Part shown: positions 19,050-28,809 of the stretch, in pieces
Numbering within the stretch: the stretch's first letter is position 1
Layout of the letters: each line of letters begins with the position of its first letter
Assembly: GCA_963730185.1 (NCBI GenBank)
Contig: CAVSQW010000015.1
Location: 416,001 to 480,000 of the forward strand
Length of the DNA stretch: 64,000 nucleotides
Source: an uncultured Gemmatimonadales bacterium
GTDB taxonomy: Bacteria; Gemmatimonadota; Gemmatimonadetes; Gemmatimonadales; GWC2-71-9
Reading direction: 5' to 3'
Program-made: the position numbers and the translations under genes
Notes under the pieces: generated by a model
The model's input: the letters and a program-made list of their open reading frames with translations, nothing else
Told to the model about the DNA's origin: nothing
Databases searched by the model: none

Positions 19050-20249
19050 CTGGGTCTGGTCGCGCTGCTCGGGTCGTTGGTGGCGTCGGGGCCGGCTCCT
19101 CCGGTGGTCCGGCCCGGACTCGAGGTCCTGCTCTCCGACAGTCTGGCTCTGGTGCGGAACCGCCGCGTGGGCCTGGTGGCCAATCAGGGCTCGATCGACA
19201 GCCGCGGGGTCTCCGCCGTGGACCGGCTGCTCGGCGCCGGCGTGAACCTGGTAGCGATCTTCAGCCCGGAGCACGGGTTCCGCGGCGTCGTCGACCCCGG
19301 CGTGCAGGTGCCCTCGGCCACCGATTCCGCCACCGGACTCCCAATCTACAGCCTCTATGGCCCGAGCCACGGGCCCTCGGACTCCTCGCTGGCCCGGGTC
19401 GACGTCATCCTGGTCGATCTGCCGGACGTCGGCGCCCGCTACTTCAGCTACCTCGGGACCACGCTGGCGGTGATGAAGGCCGCGGCCCGGGCGGGGAAGC
19501 CGGTCGTGGTGCTCGACCGGCCCGACCCCATCGGCGGCCGGCTGGTCCAAGGCAACGTGCTCGACTCCGCCTGGCGCTCGATGGTCGGCAGCCTGACCGT
19601 GCCGATGCGCCCCGGTCTGACGCTGGGCGAGCTGGCCCGGTTGGGCAACGACGAGCTCTCGATCGGCGCCGACCTGGTCGTCGTGCCGGCGGCCGGCTGG
19701 CACCGCGACCAGGACCTGGCGGCCGCCGGGTTGCCCTTCGTCCATCCCAGTCCCAACCTGCTCGATCTCGAGGCCCTCTACCACTATCCCGGTAGCTGCC
19801 TCTTCGAGGGGACGGCTCTCTCGGTGGGCCGGGGCACCGACGCGCCGTTCCGGCAGATCGGCGCGCCCTGGCTGAACCCCGATCGGGTCATCCGCCGACT
19901 TCGCTCGGAGCGTTTGCCCGGCATCCGGTTCGAGTCGGTCCGGTTCACCCCCCACCAGCCGGGCGACGGCAAGCTGGCCGACACCACCGCGCGGGGCATC
20001 CGCCTGGTGCTGACCGACCGGGCGAGCTACGACCCGACCGCGACCGCCGTCGCCCTCCTGGTGGCGATCCGGTCGCTCTATCCCGATCGGATCGACTTCC
20101 GGCCGGCGCAGTTCGACCGCCTGGCCGGCGGTCCCGCTCTTCGCGAGGCGATCGAGCGGGGCGAGCCGGCCCCGCGAATCGTGAGCGGGTGGGCCGCCGC
20201 GCTCCGAGCCTTTGGGGTCCGCCGCGATCGCTATCTCCTCTATCGATGA
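19041..20249 (+). CDS. namZ: Exo-beta-N-acetylmuramidase (DUF1343/NamZ family)
   Basis: VGLVANQ, IFSPEHGFRG, SLYG, DLPDVGARYFSY, VLDRPDPIGG, PSPN, EGTALSVGRGT; signal peptide. Confidence 0.9.
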   Translation: MRHLGLVALLGSLVASGPAPPVVRPGLEVLLSDSLALVRNRRVGLVANQGSIDSRGVSAVDRLLGAGVNLVAIFSPEHGFRGVVDPGVQVPSATDSATGLPIYSLYGPSHGPSDSSLARVDVILVDLPDVGARYFSYLGTTLAVMKAAARAGKPVVVLDRPDPIGGRLVQGNVLDSAWRSMVGSLTVPMRPGLTLGELARLGNDELSIGADLVVVPAAGWHRDQDLAAAGLPFVHPSPNLLDLEALYHYPGSCLFEGTALSVGRGTDAPFRQIGAPWLNPDRVIRRLRSERLPGIRFESVRFTPHQPGDGKLADTTARGIRLVLTDRASYDPTATAVALLVAIRSLYPDRIDFRPAQFDRLAGGPALREAIERGEPAPRIVSGWAAALRAFGVRRDRYLLYR

Positions 20250-20941
20250 GGGTGGCCGGCTCGCTTGCCCTGCTGGCGGTCCCCCTGCTGCTCGGATCGC
20301 CGCGGCCGCTCCCGGCCCAGGGCGGCGGTGTCCGCGACACCATCCTCTCGGCCGACGGTGCCACCGTGCGGGTGCGGCTCAGGCGAGGCGGCCGGCCGGC
20401 GGCCGTGTTTTTGGCCGCGGCGGAGCGGCCCGCCGAGTGGGATCGGCTCGCTTCGCTTGCCGCCGCCCGCCTGGCGATCACCGTCGTCACGATCCGCTCG
20501 CTGGATGGGGCCGCCGATGAGGAGGCCCGGGTCCGGGCGGTGAAAGGGGCGATCGGGCAGCTCGGCCTTCCGGCCCCGCTGATCGTGGTGGCGGAGGCCG
20601 CCGTGGCGACTGAGGCCGAGCGGTTCGCGGTGCGGTGGCCGGCGATGGTGGCCGGCCTGGTGCTGCTCGACCCCGTCACCGCGGAGGTGCGCTCGGCGCT
20701 GGGCCAACCGAGGGGGCCGCCGATCGGGCTGGGCCGGCAGGTCCCGGTCCGGGTGGTCTCGGCCGGCCGCCGCTGGGGCCGGGACGGCGACCGGGTGATC
20801 GCCGCGCAACAGGGGCTGGCCCGGGCCTCGAGCGACGGCCGGGCCTGGGTCGCCTGGGCCGTCACCGGTTCGGTCGCCGAGGAGGCGCCCGAGCTGGCGC
20901 TGGCGGCCCTCTCGGATCTGGTCCGCAGGCGCCGACGGTGA
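20246..20941 (+). CDS. Secreted alpha/beta-hydrolase-fold protein, apparently lacking catalytic residues
   Basis: Signal peptide; RFAVRWPAMVAGLVLLDP matches the abhydrolase strand-helix pattern; ATGA overlap with the namZ stop. Confidence 0.55.
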   Translation: MRVAGSLALLAVPLLLGSPRPLPAQGGGVRDTILSADGATVRVRLRRGGRPAAVFLAAAERPAEWDRLASLAAARLAITVVTIRSLDGAADEEARVRAVKGAIGQLGLPAPLIVVAEAAVATEAERFAVRWPAMVAGLVLLDPVTAEVRSALGQPRGPPIGLGRQVPVRVVSAGRRWGRDGDRVIAAQQGLARASSDGRAWVAWAVTGSVAEEAPELALAALSDLVRRRRR

Positions 20942-20976
20942 GCCCGGTCACGCCGGGGTCACAGCCGGAGGCCAGA

Positions 20977-21005
20977 TTGCGACCGATTCGGAGGTCGGTT
21001 ACTTT
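20977..21005 (+). promoter_or_regulatory. Putative sigma70 promoter for the phosphotransferase-ino1 unit
   Basis: TTGCGA (20977-82), 17-bp spacer, TACTTT (21000-05). Confidence 0.5.
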
Positions 21006-21068
21006 TGAGGGCTGTAAGTTGTTGTGGGAATTGAATCTTAGCGATCAGTGGGCCGGCCTTGGAGGCGG

Positions 21069-21740
21069 GTGAAACTCGTTACGAAGTCTCTCGAGCGCGC
21101 CTTTTTCGCTCTCACGGAGCCCTTCGTCGGGTGGCTTCTCCGGCGCGGTGTACGACCCAACACGCTCACGACCGTGGGCGCGCTGGTGGTGGTCGCCTCC
21201 GGTGTGGCCTTCGGCGTCGGCCAGGTCCGGTGGGGCGGCGCGCTGCTGCTCCTGAGCGGCGTGGTCGACACGTTCGACGGGCAGGTGGCGCGCCGGAGCG
21301 GGACGGAGTCGCGGTTCGGCGCGTTTTACGACTCCACCCTCGATCGGGTGGGCGACGGCGCCACCTTCATCGGGATCGCCGTCTACCTGCTCACCGCGCC
21401 CGACGTGCAGTTCCGGCTCGCCTCGGCGATCGTCTGCATGGTAGCCGTGGTGAGCTCACTGCTGGTGTCGTACGCCCGGGCCCGGGCGGAGGGGCTCGGC
21501 ATCGACTGCAAGGTCGGGCTGGTGCAGCGGGCCGAGCGCTTGGTCGGGATCGGCATCCCCACGGTGCTGGTGGGCGCCGGGCCCCACGCGCTCGTGCTGG
21601 AGGTCATCGTGCTGTTGCTGGCCACGCTGTCGACCATCACGGTGGTCCAGCGATTCGTGTACGTGTATCGGGTGACCGATGGGGCGCCCGCGGAACAACC
21701 CCAGGAGTCGGGGCTGGTGCGTCCCGCTCCCGAACCTTGA
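21069..21740 (+). CDS. CDP-alcohol phosphatidyltransferase (PIP synthase-like)
   Basis: GGAGG RBS then GTG; PNTLT, DTFDGQVARRSG..GAFYDSTLDR, SYARARAEG..RAERL. Confidence 0.9.
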   Translation: MKLVTKSLERAFFALTEPFVGWLLRRGVRPNTLTTVGALVVVASGVAFGVGQVRWGGALLLLSGVVDTFDGQVARRSGTESRFGAFYDSTLDRVGDGATFIGIAVYLLTAPDVQFRLASAIVCMVAVVSSLLVSYARARAEGLGIDCKVGLVQRAERLVGIGIPTVLVGAGPHALVLEVIVLLLATLSTITVVQRFVYVYRVTDGAPAEQPQESGLVRPAPEP

Positions 21741-21755
21741 GCAAGGAACACCTTC

Positions 21756-23093
21756 GTGCCTGACCGGACTACTCGCAAGATCGCGCCCGCTTCGGGCAAG
21801 CTCGGTGTGCTGTGCGTTGGACTCGGGGCGGTCGCCTCGACCTTCATGGCGGGGGTCGAGAACGCCCGCCGCGGTCGAGCTCGGCCGTTCGGCTCGCTCT
21901 CGCAGATGGCGACCATCCGGCTGGGGAAGCGGACCGACAACCGGAATCCGCTGATCAAGGATTTCGTCCCCATTGCGCAGCTCGACCAGCTGGTGTTCGG
22001 GGCCTGGGACCCGATTCCGGACGACGGCTACGAGTCGTGCCTCAAGTGCGGCGTGCTCGACCGGCACGAGCACGTCGAGCCGATCGCCGCGTTTCTCAAG
22101 GCCATCAAGCCGATGCCGGCCGTGTTCGATCAGAGCTACGTCAAGCGGCTCCAGGGTCCCAACGTCAAGACCGGCAAGACCAAGAAGGACCTGGCCGAGG
22201 CGCTCCGGAAGGACATCCGCGAGTTCAAGCAGGCCAACGGTTGCGACCGTCTGGTGGTGGTGTGGTGCGCGTCCACCGAGATCTTCATCTCGCCGGGACC
22301 GGCCCACCAGTCGATCGCCGCGTTCGAGAAGGCCATGGAGGCCAACGATCCCTCGATCGCGCCGTCGATGCTCTACGCCTATGCCGCGATCATGGAGGGA
22401 GTGCCGTTCGCCAACGGCGCGCCCAACCTGACCTGTGACTTCCCGGCGATGGAGACCCTGTCGCGCGAGAAGGGGGTCGCGATCGGGGGGAAGGACTTCA
22501 AGACCGGGCAGACCATGATCAAGACCGTGCTCTCGCCGATGTTCAAGGCCCGAATGCTGGGTGTGGCGGGGTGGTACTCCACCAACATCCTCGGCAACCG
22601 GGACGGCGAGGTGCTCGACGATCCGGAGAGCTTCAAGACCAAGGAAGAGTCCAAGCTGGGCGTGCTGGAATACATCCTCCAGCCCAAGCTCTACCCCGAG
22701 CTCTACGGCAAGCTCTACCACAAGGTCCGGATCAACTACTATCCGCCCCGGGGCGACAACAAAGAGGGGTGGGACAACATCGACATCTTCGGGTGGCTGG
22801 GCTACCCGATGCAGATCAAGGTCGACTTCCTCTGCCGCGACTCCATTCTCGCGGCCCCGCTGGTGCTGGATCTGGCGCTCTTCTTCGACCTGGCCCAGCG
22901 GTCCGGCCTGAGCGGGGTGCAGGAGTGGCTTTCGTTCTACTTCAAGAGCCCCCAGGTGGCGCCGGGCCTCTATCCCGAGCACGACCTCTTCATCCAGCAG
23001 ACCAAGTTCAAGAACACGCTGCGCTGGCTCATGGGCGAGGATCAGATCACCCATCTCGGCATCGAGTACTACGACGAGTACGCCAAAGACTGA
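21756..23093 (+). CDS. ino1: Myo-inositol-1(3)-phosphate synthase
   Basis: GLGAVAST, WCASTE, GKDFKTGQT, STNILGNRDG, GDNKEGWD, CRDSILAAPLVLDL, SFYFKSP. Confidence 0.95.
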   Translation: MPDRTTRKIAPASGKLGVLCVGLGAVASTFMAGVENARRGRARPFGSLSQMATIRLGKRTDNRNPLIKDFVPIAQLDQLVFGAWDPIPDDGYESCLKCGVLDRHEHVEPIAAFLKAIKPMPAVFDQSYVKRLQGPNVKTGKTKKDLAEALRKDIREFKQANGCDRLVVVWCASTEIFISPGPAHQSIAAFEKAMEANDPSIAPSMLYAYAAIMEGVPFANGAPNLTCDFPAMETLSREKGVAIGGKDFKTGQTMIKTVLSPMFKARMLGVAGWYSTNILGNRDGEVLDDPESFKTKEESKLGVLEYILQPKLYPELYGKLYHKVRINYYPPRGDNKEGWDNIDIFGWLGYPMQIKVDFLCRDSILAAPLVLDLALFFDLAQRSGLSGVQEWLSFYFKSPQVAPGLYPEHDLFIQQTKFKNTLRWLMGEDQITHLGIEYYDEYAKD

Positions 23094-23105
23094 GGCACCC
23101 GAACG

Positions 23106-23396
23106 ATGAAATACTTCCATCGCACTTCGGTGGCGCCCGATGCCGTGGTCCAGGCGGCCGCCGGTTACTTCGGCGCCCGGATGCAGCCCACCGACGAGCA
23201 CCCGCGGCGCCGGGGCTTCTCGAGCGCCATGGGGCAGGTGGCGGTCACCGCCGAGCCCGAGGGCGGGCACTACACCCTGGTGACCGTGGCGACCAACCAG
23301 CCGGGCGAGAGCGAGCTCGACAAGTTCGCCAAACGGTTCCTGAGCACCGTGCACGCCATGGTCGACCAGACCTACGTGCTCCGGGGCGCCTACTGA
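23106..23396 (+). CDS. Small hypothetical protein
   Basis: 96-aa ORF with ATG and GAGG RBS that fills the gap in a co-directional run. Confidence 0.75.
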   Translation: MKYFHRTSVAPDAVVQAAAGYFGARMQPTDEHPRRRGFSSAMGQVAVTAEPEGGHYTLVTVATNQPGESELDKFAKRFLSTVHAMVDQTYVLRGAY

Positions 23397-23415
23397 GCCG
23401 GCCCGCGGTCCGCCC

Positions 23416-24462
23416 ATGACGGCCACCACCGACTCGCCCACCGGGGCGGACCGACCGCTCGTGGCGGGGCTCAGCCGAGCCCGCCTCCACGAGCTGTATT
23501 ACTGGATGCGGCTGACCCGGTCGCTCGAAGAGAAGCTGGTCAACCTCTATCGCCAGACCAAGGTGATCGGGGGACTCTTCCGCTCGCTCGGCCAGGAGGC
23601 CGACGCCGTCGGGAGCGCCTACGCGCTCGACCCCGGCGACATCCTCTCGCCCCTGATCCGGAACCTGGGGTCGATGCTGGTCAAGGGCGCCACCCCGATC
23701 GAGGTGCTCCGCCAGTACATGGCCAAGGCCGAGAGCCCGACCCGGGGCCGCGAGCTGAACATCCACTTCAACGATCTCGAGCGCGGCTTCCTGGGCCAGA
23801 TCTCCCACCTCGGCGACATGGTTCCGGTGATGTGCGGGGTGGCCCTGTCGTTCAAGCTGCGGAAGGAGCCCCGGGTCGGGATGGTCTACGTGGGCGACGG
23901 GGCGATGAGCACCGGCGCCTTCCACGAGGGGATCAACTTCGCCGCCGTCCAGCGACTCCCCCTGGTGATCGTGGCGGAGAACAACGGGTACGCCTACTCC
24001 ACCCCGATGGCCAAGCAGACGGCGGTGTCCTTCCTGGTCGAGAAGGCGACGGGTTATGGGGTGGCCGGGGTCCAGGCCGACGGCAACGACGTGATCGCGG
24101 TCTACGAGACCACCCGGCGGGCGGTGGACCGGGCCCGGGCCGGCGAGGGCGTGACCCTGGTCGAGCTCCTGACCTATCGCCGGAAGGGGCACGCCGAACA
24201 CGACAATCAGTCCTACGTGCCCAAGGACGCGCTCGAGGCCTGGGAGGCGCGCGACCCGGTCGACCGCTACGTCCGCCGGCTCACGGAGCAGGGCTGGGCC
24301 TCGGCTGACGAGCTCGCGGCGATCGACGCCCGGGTTGGTGCCGAGATCGACGCCGCCGTGGCCCAGTGCGAGGACGAGCCCCTGCCCGAGCCGCTCACCG
24401 CGCTCGACGGCGTGCTGGCCGATCCGCCGGTCGCGCCGCTCGAGTGGTACCGGAGGCTCTGA
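23416..24462 (+). CDS. 2-oxoacid dehydrogenase E1 alpha subunit
   Basis: [27 protein letters not shown] motif, DGND, TYRRKGH. Confidence 0.93.
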   Translation: MTATTDSPTGADRPLVAGLSRARLHELYYWMRLTRSLEEKLVNLYRQTKVIGGLFRSLGQEADAVGSAYALDPGDILSPLIRNLGSMLVKGATPIEVLRQYMAKAESPTRGRELNIHFNDLERGFLGQISHLGDMVPVMCGVALSFKLRKEPRVGMVYVGDGAMSTGAFHEGINFAAVQRLPLVIVAENNGYAYSTPMAKQTAVSFLVEKATGYGVAGVQADGNDVIAVYETTRRAVDRARAGEGVTLVELLTYRRKGHAEHDNQSYVPKDALEAWEARDPVDRYVRRLTEQGWASADELAAIDARVGAEIDAAVAQCEDEPLPEPLTALDGVLADPPVAPLEWYRRL

Positions 24463-25443
24463 TGGCCGAGGTGACCTACCTCGAGGCCATCCGACAGGGC
24501 CTCTTCGAGGAGATGGAGCGGGACGCGCGGGTCTTCGTGATCGGCGAGGACGTGGGCGCCTTCGGCGGGGCCTTCAAGGTGACCGAGGGCCTCCAGGCCC
24601 GGTTCGGCGAAGACCGGGTGATCGACACGCCCGATCGCCGAGACCGCCATCGTGGGTACGGCCGCGGGCGCGGCCCACATGGGGTTCCGCCCGGTCTGCG
24701 AGATGCAGTTCATCGACTTCGTCTCCTGCGCCTACAGCATCCTGACCAACTACGTGGCCACGGCGCGCTACCGGGCGGATCTCCGGACCCCGATGGTGGT
24801 CCGCGGGCCGGCCGGTGGGTTCGTGCGGGGCGGGCCCTTCCATTCCCAGAATCCGGAAGCGGCCTTTCTGCACACCCCGGGGCTCAAGATCGTGGCCCCG
24901 GCCACCGCCCGCGACGCGAAGGGCCTCATCAAAGCGGCGATCCGGGACGACGACCCGGTGCTCTACTTCGAGCACAAGTACCTCTATCGCCGGGTCAAGG
25001 AGGACCTGCCCGAGGGCGAGGAGATCCTGACCCCGATCGGCCAGGCCCGGATCGCCCGGGCCGGCCGCGATCTGACGGTGGTCACCTATTCGGCCATGGT
25101 CTGGAAGGCGCTCGAGGCGGCCGAGACGCTGGCCCGCGAGGACGGCCTCGAGGTGGAGGTCCTCGACCTCCGCACCCTGGCGCCGCTCGACGACGACGCG
25201 ATCGTCGCCTCGGTCAGGAAGACCAATCGGGTGCTCGTCGTGCACGAGGACACCCGCACCGGTGGCCTCGCCGGCGAGATCGCGGCCCGGATCAACGAGC
25301 TCTGCTTCGAATGGCTCGACGCGCCGGTCCGGCGGGTGGCGGCGCACGATGTCCCGCTCCCCTTCGCGCCTCCGCTCGAGGATTTCGTGTTGCCGGGAAC
25401 CGGGGATATAGTGAAGGCGGCTCGCTGGATGGCGAGCTACTGA
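24462..25443 (+). CDS. 2-oxoacid dehydrogenase E1 beta subunit (indel near 24630)
   Basis: [46 protein letters not shown]. Confidence 0.92.
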
Positions 25444-25498
25444 CCGACAGACGGGCTGACGGCTGGACGGCTCGCAGGACAGACAGACGGACGGAGAC
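25444..25498 (+). repeat. Short low-complexity GACRG repeats between E1b and E2
   Basis: gacagacgggctgacggctggacgg...ggacagacagacggacggagacg. Confidence 0.5.
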
Positions 25499-25500
25499 GC

Positions 25501-26852
25501 ATGGCACGGATCGATGTCGTGATGCCCCAGATGGGCGAGTCCATCGCGGAGGGCACCCTTTCCAAGTGGCTCAAGCAGGTGGGCGACGCGGTCAAGCGCG
25601 ACGAGCCCATGTTCGAGATCTCGACCGACAAGGTCGACGCCGAGATCCCGGCGCCCACCGCGGGCGTGCTGGCCGAGATCCTGGTGAAGGAAGGCGAGAC
25701 GGTGGCGGTGCAGACCGTGGTGGCTCGGCTCGAGACCGATGCCGCCGCCGCGGCCTCGGCCCCCGCGCCGGCCGCCGCGCCCGCCGCGCCCGCTCCGACT
25801 CCCCCCCGGCCCCCCCCGCGCCCGCGCCGAGCCCGTCGCCCGTCGCGGCCCACCCGGCGCCCGACCCTCGTCCTGCGCCGAGTGGTGACGAGAGCCTGGA
25901 GGATCGACTGCGCCGCCGGTCCACGCCGCTCGTGCGCCGGATGGTGGCCGAGCACGGCCTCGATCTGGCCGAAATCCCAGGTTCCGGGATGGCGGGCCGG
26001 GTCACCAAGAACGACGTGCTGAGCTTTCTCGAGCACCAGCCCGAGGCGCCGTCCGCGCCCGCGGTGGCGGCCCCCAGACCCGCGACCGCCCCCGGTGGGG
26101 TGCCCGGCGGAGTGCAGGTCGTCCCCGGGCCGGTGGTCGAGCCGTGGGAGGGCGATCGGGTCGAAGCCTGGACCCGGATTCGCAAGCTCACCGCCGAGCA
26201 CATGATCATGTCGCGGCGGGTGTCGCCGCACGTGCAGAGCCTGATCGAGATCGACTACACCCGGGTGGCCCAGGTTCGGGCCCAGCACAAGGCCGAATTC
26301 GCCTCGCGAGGCGTGAACCTGACCTTCCTCGCGTTCATCGCCAAGGCGGTGGCCGAGAACCTTCGGCGGCATCCGGTGGTCAACTCGGCCGTGATGGGCG
26401 AGTCGACGATCTTCCGCCAGGAGATCAACCTCGGCATCGCGGTGGCGCTCGACTGGGGCTTGATCGTCCCGGTCATCCGCCGGGCCGACGAGCTCTCGCT
26501 CCTGGGCGTCGCCCGGGCCATTCAGGAGCTGGCGGACAAGGCCCGGAACAAGAAGCTGAGCCCGGACGAGGTCCAGAAGGGTACTTTCACCATCACCAAC
26601 CCCGGCGGGTTCGGCACGGTGGTCGGGCTGCCGATCATCAATCAGCCCCAGGCCGCGATCCTCGCCGTGGGCGCAATCGAGAAGCGGCCGGCCGTGGTCA
26701 CCAGCCCGGACGGCACCGACGCGGTGGGGATCCGGAGGCTCGGGTACCTCGCGATGAGCTTCGATCACCGGATCGTCGACGGCGCCGACGCGGATCGGTT
26801 CCTGGCCGATCTCAAGACGTCGCTGCACCAGTTCCCCGAGAACGTGACCTGA
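25501..26852 (+). CDS. Dihydrolipoamide acyltransferase E2 (indel in the Pro/Ala linker)
   Basis: Lipoyl domain [24 protein letters not shown]3-binding [13 protein letters not shown]; catalytic SFDHRIVDG. Confidence 0.93.
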
Positions 26853-26863
26853 ACGGGGGAGAC

Positions 26864-27130
26864 ATGCCGCCCAGAGCGATCGAAGTGAACGGCGAGCGAT
26901 GGTCGGTGACCCCGACCGGCCGCCGGACCCAGTATTCGAAGGACGAGTTCTCGGTGCTCTTTACCCGGGTGGCCGGCGGTCCGCACGAGGAGCGGGTAGC
27001 GCGGTATTCGCCGCTGGGCGTGAAGGAGCGAGAGGCGTCCTTGGCCGGGCTCACCGAGGCCCAGCTGTCCGATCTCCTGCGCCGGTCGCAGCCGTCGTGG
27101 ACCACGCCCGAGCTGGGGTACCGCCGCTGA
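26864..27130 (+). CDS. Small hypothetical protein
   Basis: GGGGGAG RBS then ATG; 88-aa ORF coupled to the next gene. Confidence 0.7.
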   Translation: MPPRAIEVNGERWSVTPTGRRTQYSKDEFSVLFTRVAGGPHEERVARYSPLGVKEREASLAGLTEAQLSDLLRRSQPSWTTPELGYRR

Positions 27131-27972
27131 ACGAGCTCACCGCGGATCTCCACCTGCATTCGACGGCCTCCGACGGTGCCCTCGCACCGGCGGAGGTCGT
27201 TCGCCTTGCGGCCGAGGCCGGTCTCGTCGCCATCGCGCTGACCGACCACGACAGCCTGGACGGGGTGCCGGAGGCGCGCCAGGCGGGGTCCCGATACGGG
27301 GTGCGGGTGCTCGCGGGCTGCGAGTTCTCGGTCAAGGTCTCCTGGGGTGAGCTCCACCTCCTGGGCTACGGACTCCGCCTCGATCATGACGAGCTCCAGG
27401 CGGAGCTGGTCACCGCTCGCGAGGCCCGGGCCGCCCGGGGCCGCGCGATGGTCGAGAAGATCCGGAGCCTCGGGCTCACCATCAGCGACGACGACGTCGC
27501 CCGAGCGGCGAGCGGTGCCGCCGTCGGCCGGCCGCACCTGGCGCGGGCCCTGATCGCCAACGGCGTGGTCAAGAGCTTCGATGAGGCCTTCGATCGCTTG
27601 CTGGGCCGGGGCCGTCCGGCCTTCGTGGCCAAACGGTTGCTGGATCTGGCGACGATTGCCGCGCTGATCCGCCGGGCCGGCGGGGTCTCATCGGCCGCGC
27701 ATCTCCGGGACCGGGGCACTCGCTCGTTCCTCACTGAGCTCAAGGCCGAGGGCCTCGACGGGGTCGAGGTCGTCCATCCCAGCCACTCGGCCGCCGTGCG
27801 GGCGACGCTCAGCCACCTTGCCGCCGAGCTGGGCCTCCTTCCGACCGGCGGCAGCGACTGGCACGGCTCGGTCGAGGCGAGCCCCTCCCACGGATCGATC
27901 GGCGCCGTGCGGGTCCCGCTCGCCTGGGTCGACGCCATCGAGGCCCGCGCCGACGAGCGACAGGCGCGATGA
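27127..27972 (+). CDS. PHP-domain phosphoesterase (TrpH/YciV-like); probable CTG start
   Basis: DLHLHSTASDG, ALTDHD, HLLGY, GRPHLA, AAH, TGGSDWHG. Confidence 0.9.
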   Translation: MNELTADLHLHSTASDGALAPAEVVRLAAEAGLVAIALTDHDSLDGVPEARQAGSRYGVRVLAGCEFSVKVSWGELHLLGYGLRLDHDELQAELVTAREARAARGRAMVEKIRSLGLTISDDDVARAASGAAVGRPHLARALIANGVVKSFDEAFDRLLGRGRPAFVAKRLLDLATIAALIRRAGGVSSAAHLRDRGTRSFLTELKAEGLDGVEVVHPSHSAAVRATLSHLAAELGLLPTGGSDWHGSVEASPSHGSIGAVRVPLAWVDAIEARADERQAR

Positions 27973-28748
27973 GCGAGGGGCGGGACCGTGGCGGACCGGC
28001 GTTCCGCGACGTGATGGTGGTCGGCGGGGGCTGCTACGGCACCTTCTACGCTCAGCAACTCGAGGCCGCGATCGACCGCGGCAAGCTCTCGGCGCGGGCG
28101 GTCGTGCTGGTGGATCGCGATCCCGCCTGCCAGGCCACCCGCGACCTGGCCGACCGGTCCAATCGCTCGCTGGTGGTGGCTGACTGGAGCGATTTTCTGG
28201 ACCAGTTCCTGGCCCGCGCGGCTCCCCCGGCCGGGATCCCCGACGACGCGATCGTCCCGTCGCCGCTGATGCCCCACCTCATGGCCGGGTGGCTCGAGCG
28301 GCGGGCCCGCAGTCGGTTTCCCGATCGCGCGATCCGCCCCGGATCGTTGCCGACGCCGCTCGGCACGCCCTACGACGTCCAGGCGCCGGACGGCACCCGC
28401 TATGTCTCCTACGCCGACTGGCTCTGTCCCACCCACTGCGTCGAGCCCGCCATCTGTCCGGTGATTCGGGGCCCCCGCACCTGGGAGATGGGCGAGGCGG
28501 TGACCCGGTACGTCAAGCGCCTCGGCGCCTCGGCCCGAGTCTTGGGACCGGCGCTCTTCGTCACCCGCCATCGGGCCTTTGGGGTGGGGATGTTCGACGT
28601 GGCCGAGGCCCGCTCGGCGAGCGCGCTCCTCGACGAGGTGGGACGCCGGGCCGAGGCGGCGTCGGTGGTGGTCGGGACGATTTCCTCCTGTCACGGCGCG
28701 GTCACCGCCCTGGAACTCGGGCCCACCGGCTCGGCTACCTCGGGGTGA
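27969..28748 (+). CDS. Hypothetical Cys-rich protein with an N-terminal Rossmann-like motif
   Basis: VMVVGGGCYG; CPTHCVEPAICP; C-terminal SSCHG; ATGA overlap with the PHP gene. Confidence 0.75.
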   Translation: MSEGRDRGGPAFRDVMVVGGGCYGTFYAQQLEAAIDRGKLSARAVVLVDRDPACQATRDLADRSNRSLVVADWSDFLDQFLARAAPPAGIPDDAIVPSPLMPHLMAGWLERRARSRFPDRAIRPGSLPTPLGTPYDVQAPDGTRYVSYADWLCPTHCVEPAICPVIRGPRTWEMGEAVTRYVKRLGASARVLGPALFVTRHRAFGVGMFDVAEARSASALLDEVGRRAEAASVVVGTISSCHGAVTALELGPTGSATSG

Positions 28749-28809
28749 GGCGGTGAGGCCCATCTATATTGCGGGGTGATTCGCCGAGGCCATCGTCGAG
28801 GAGTGAGCC

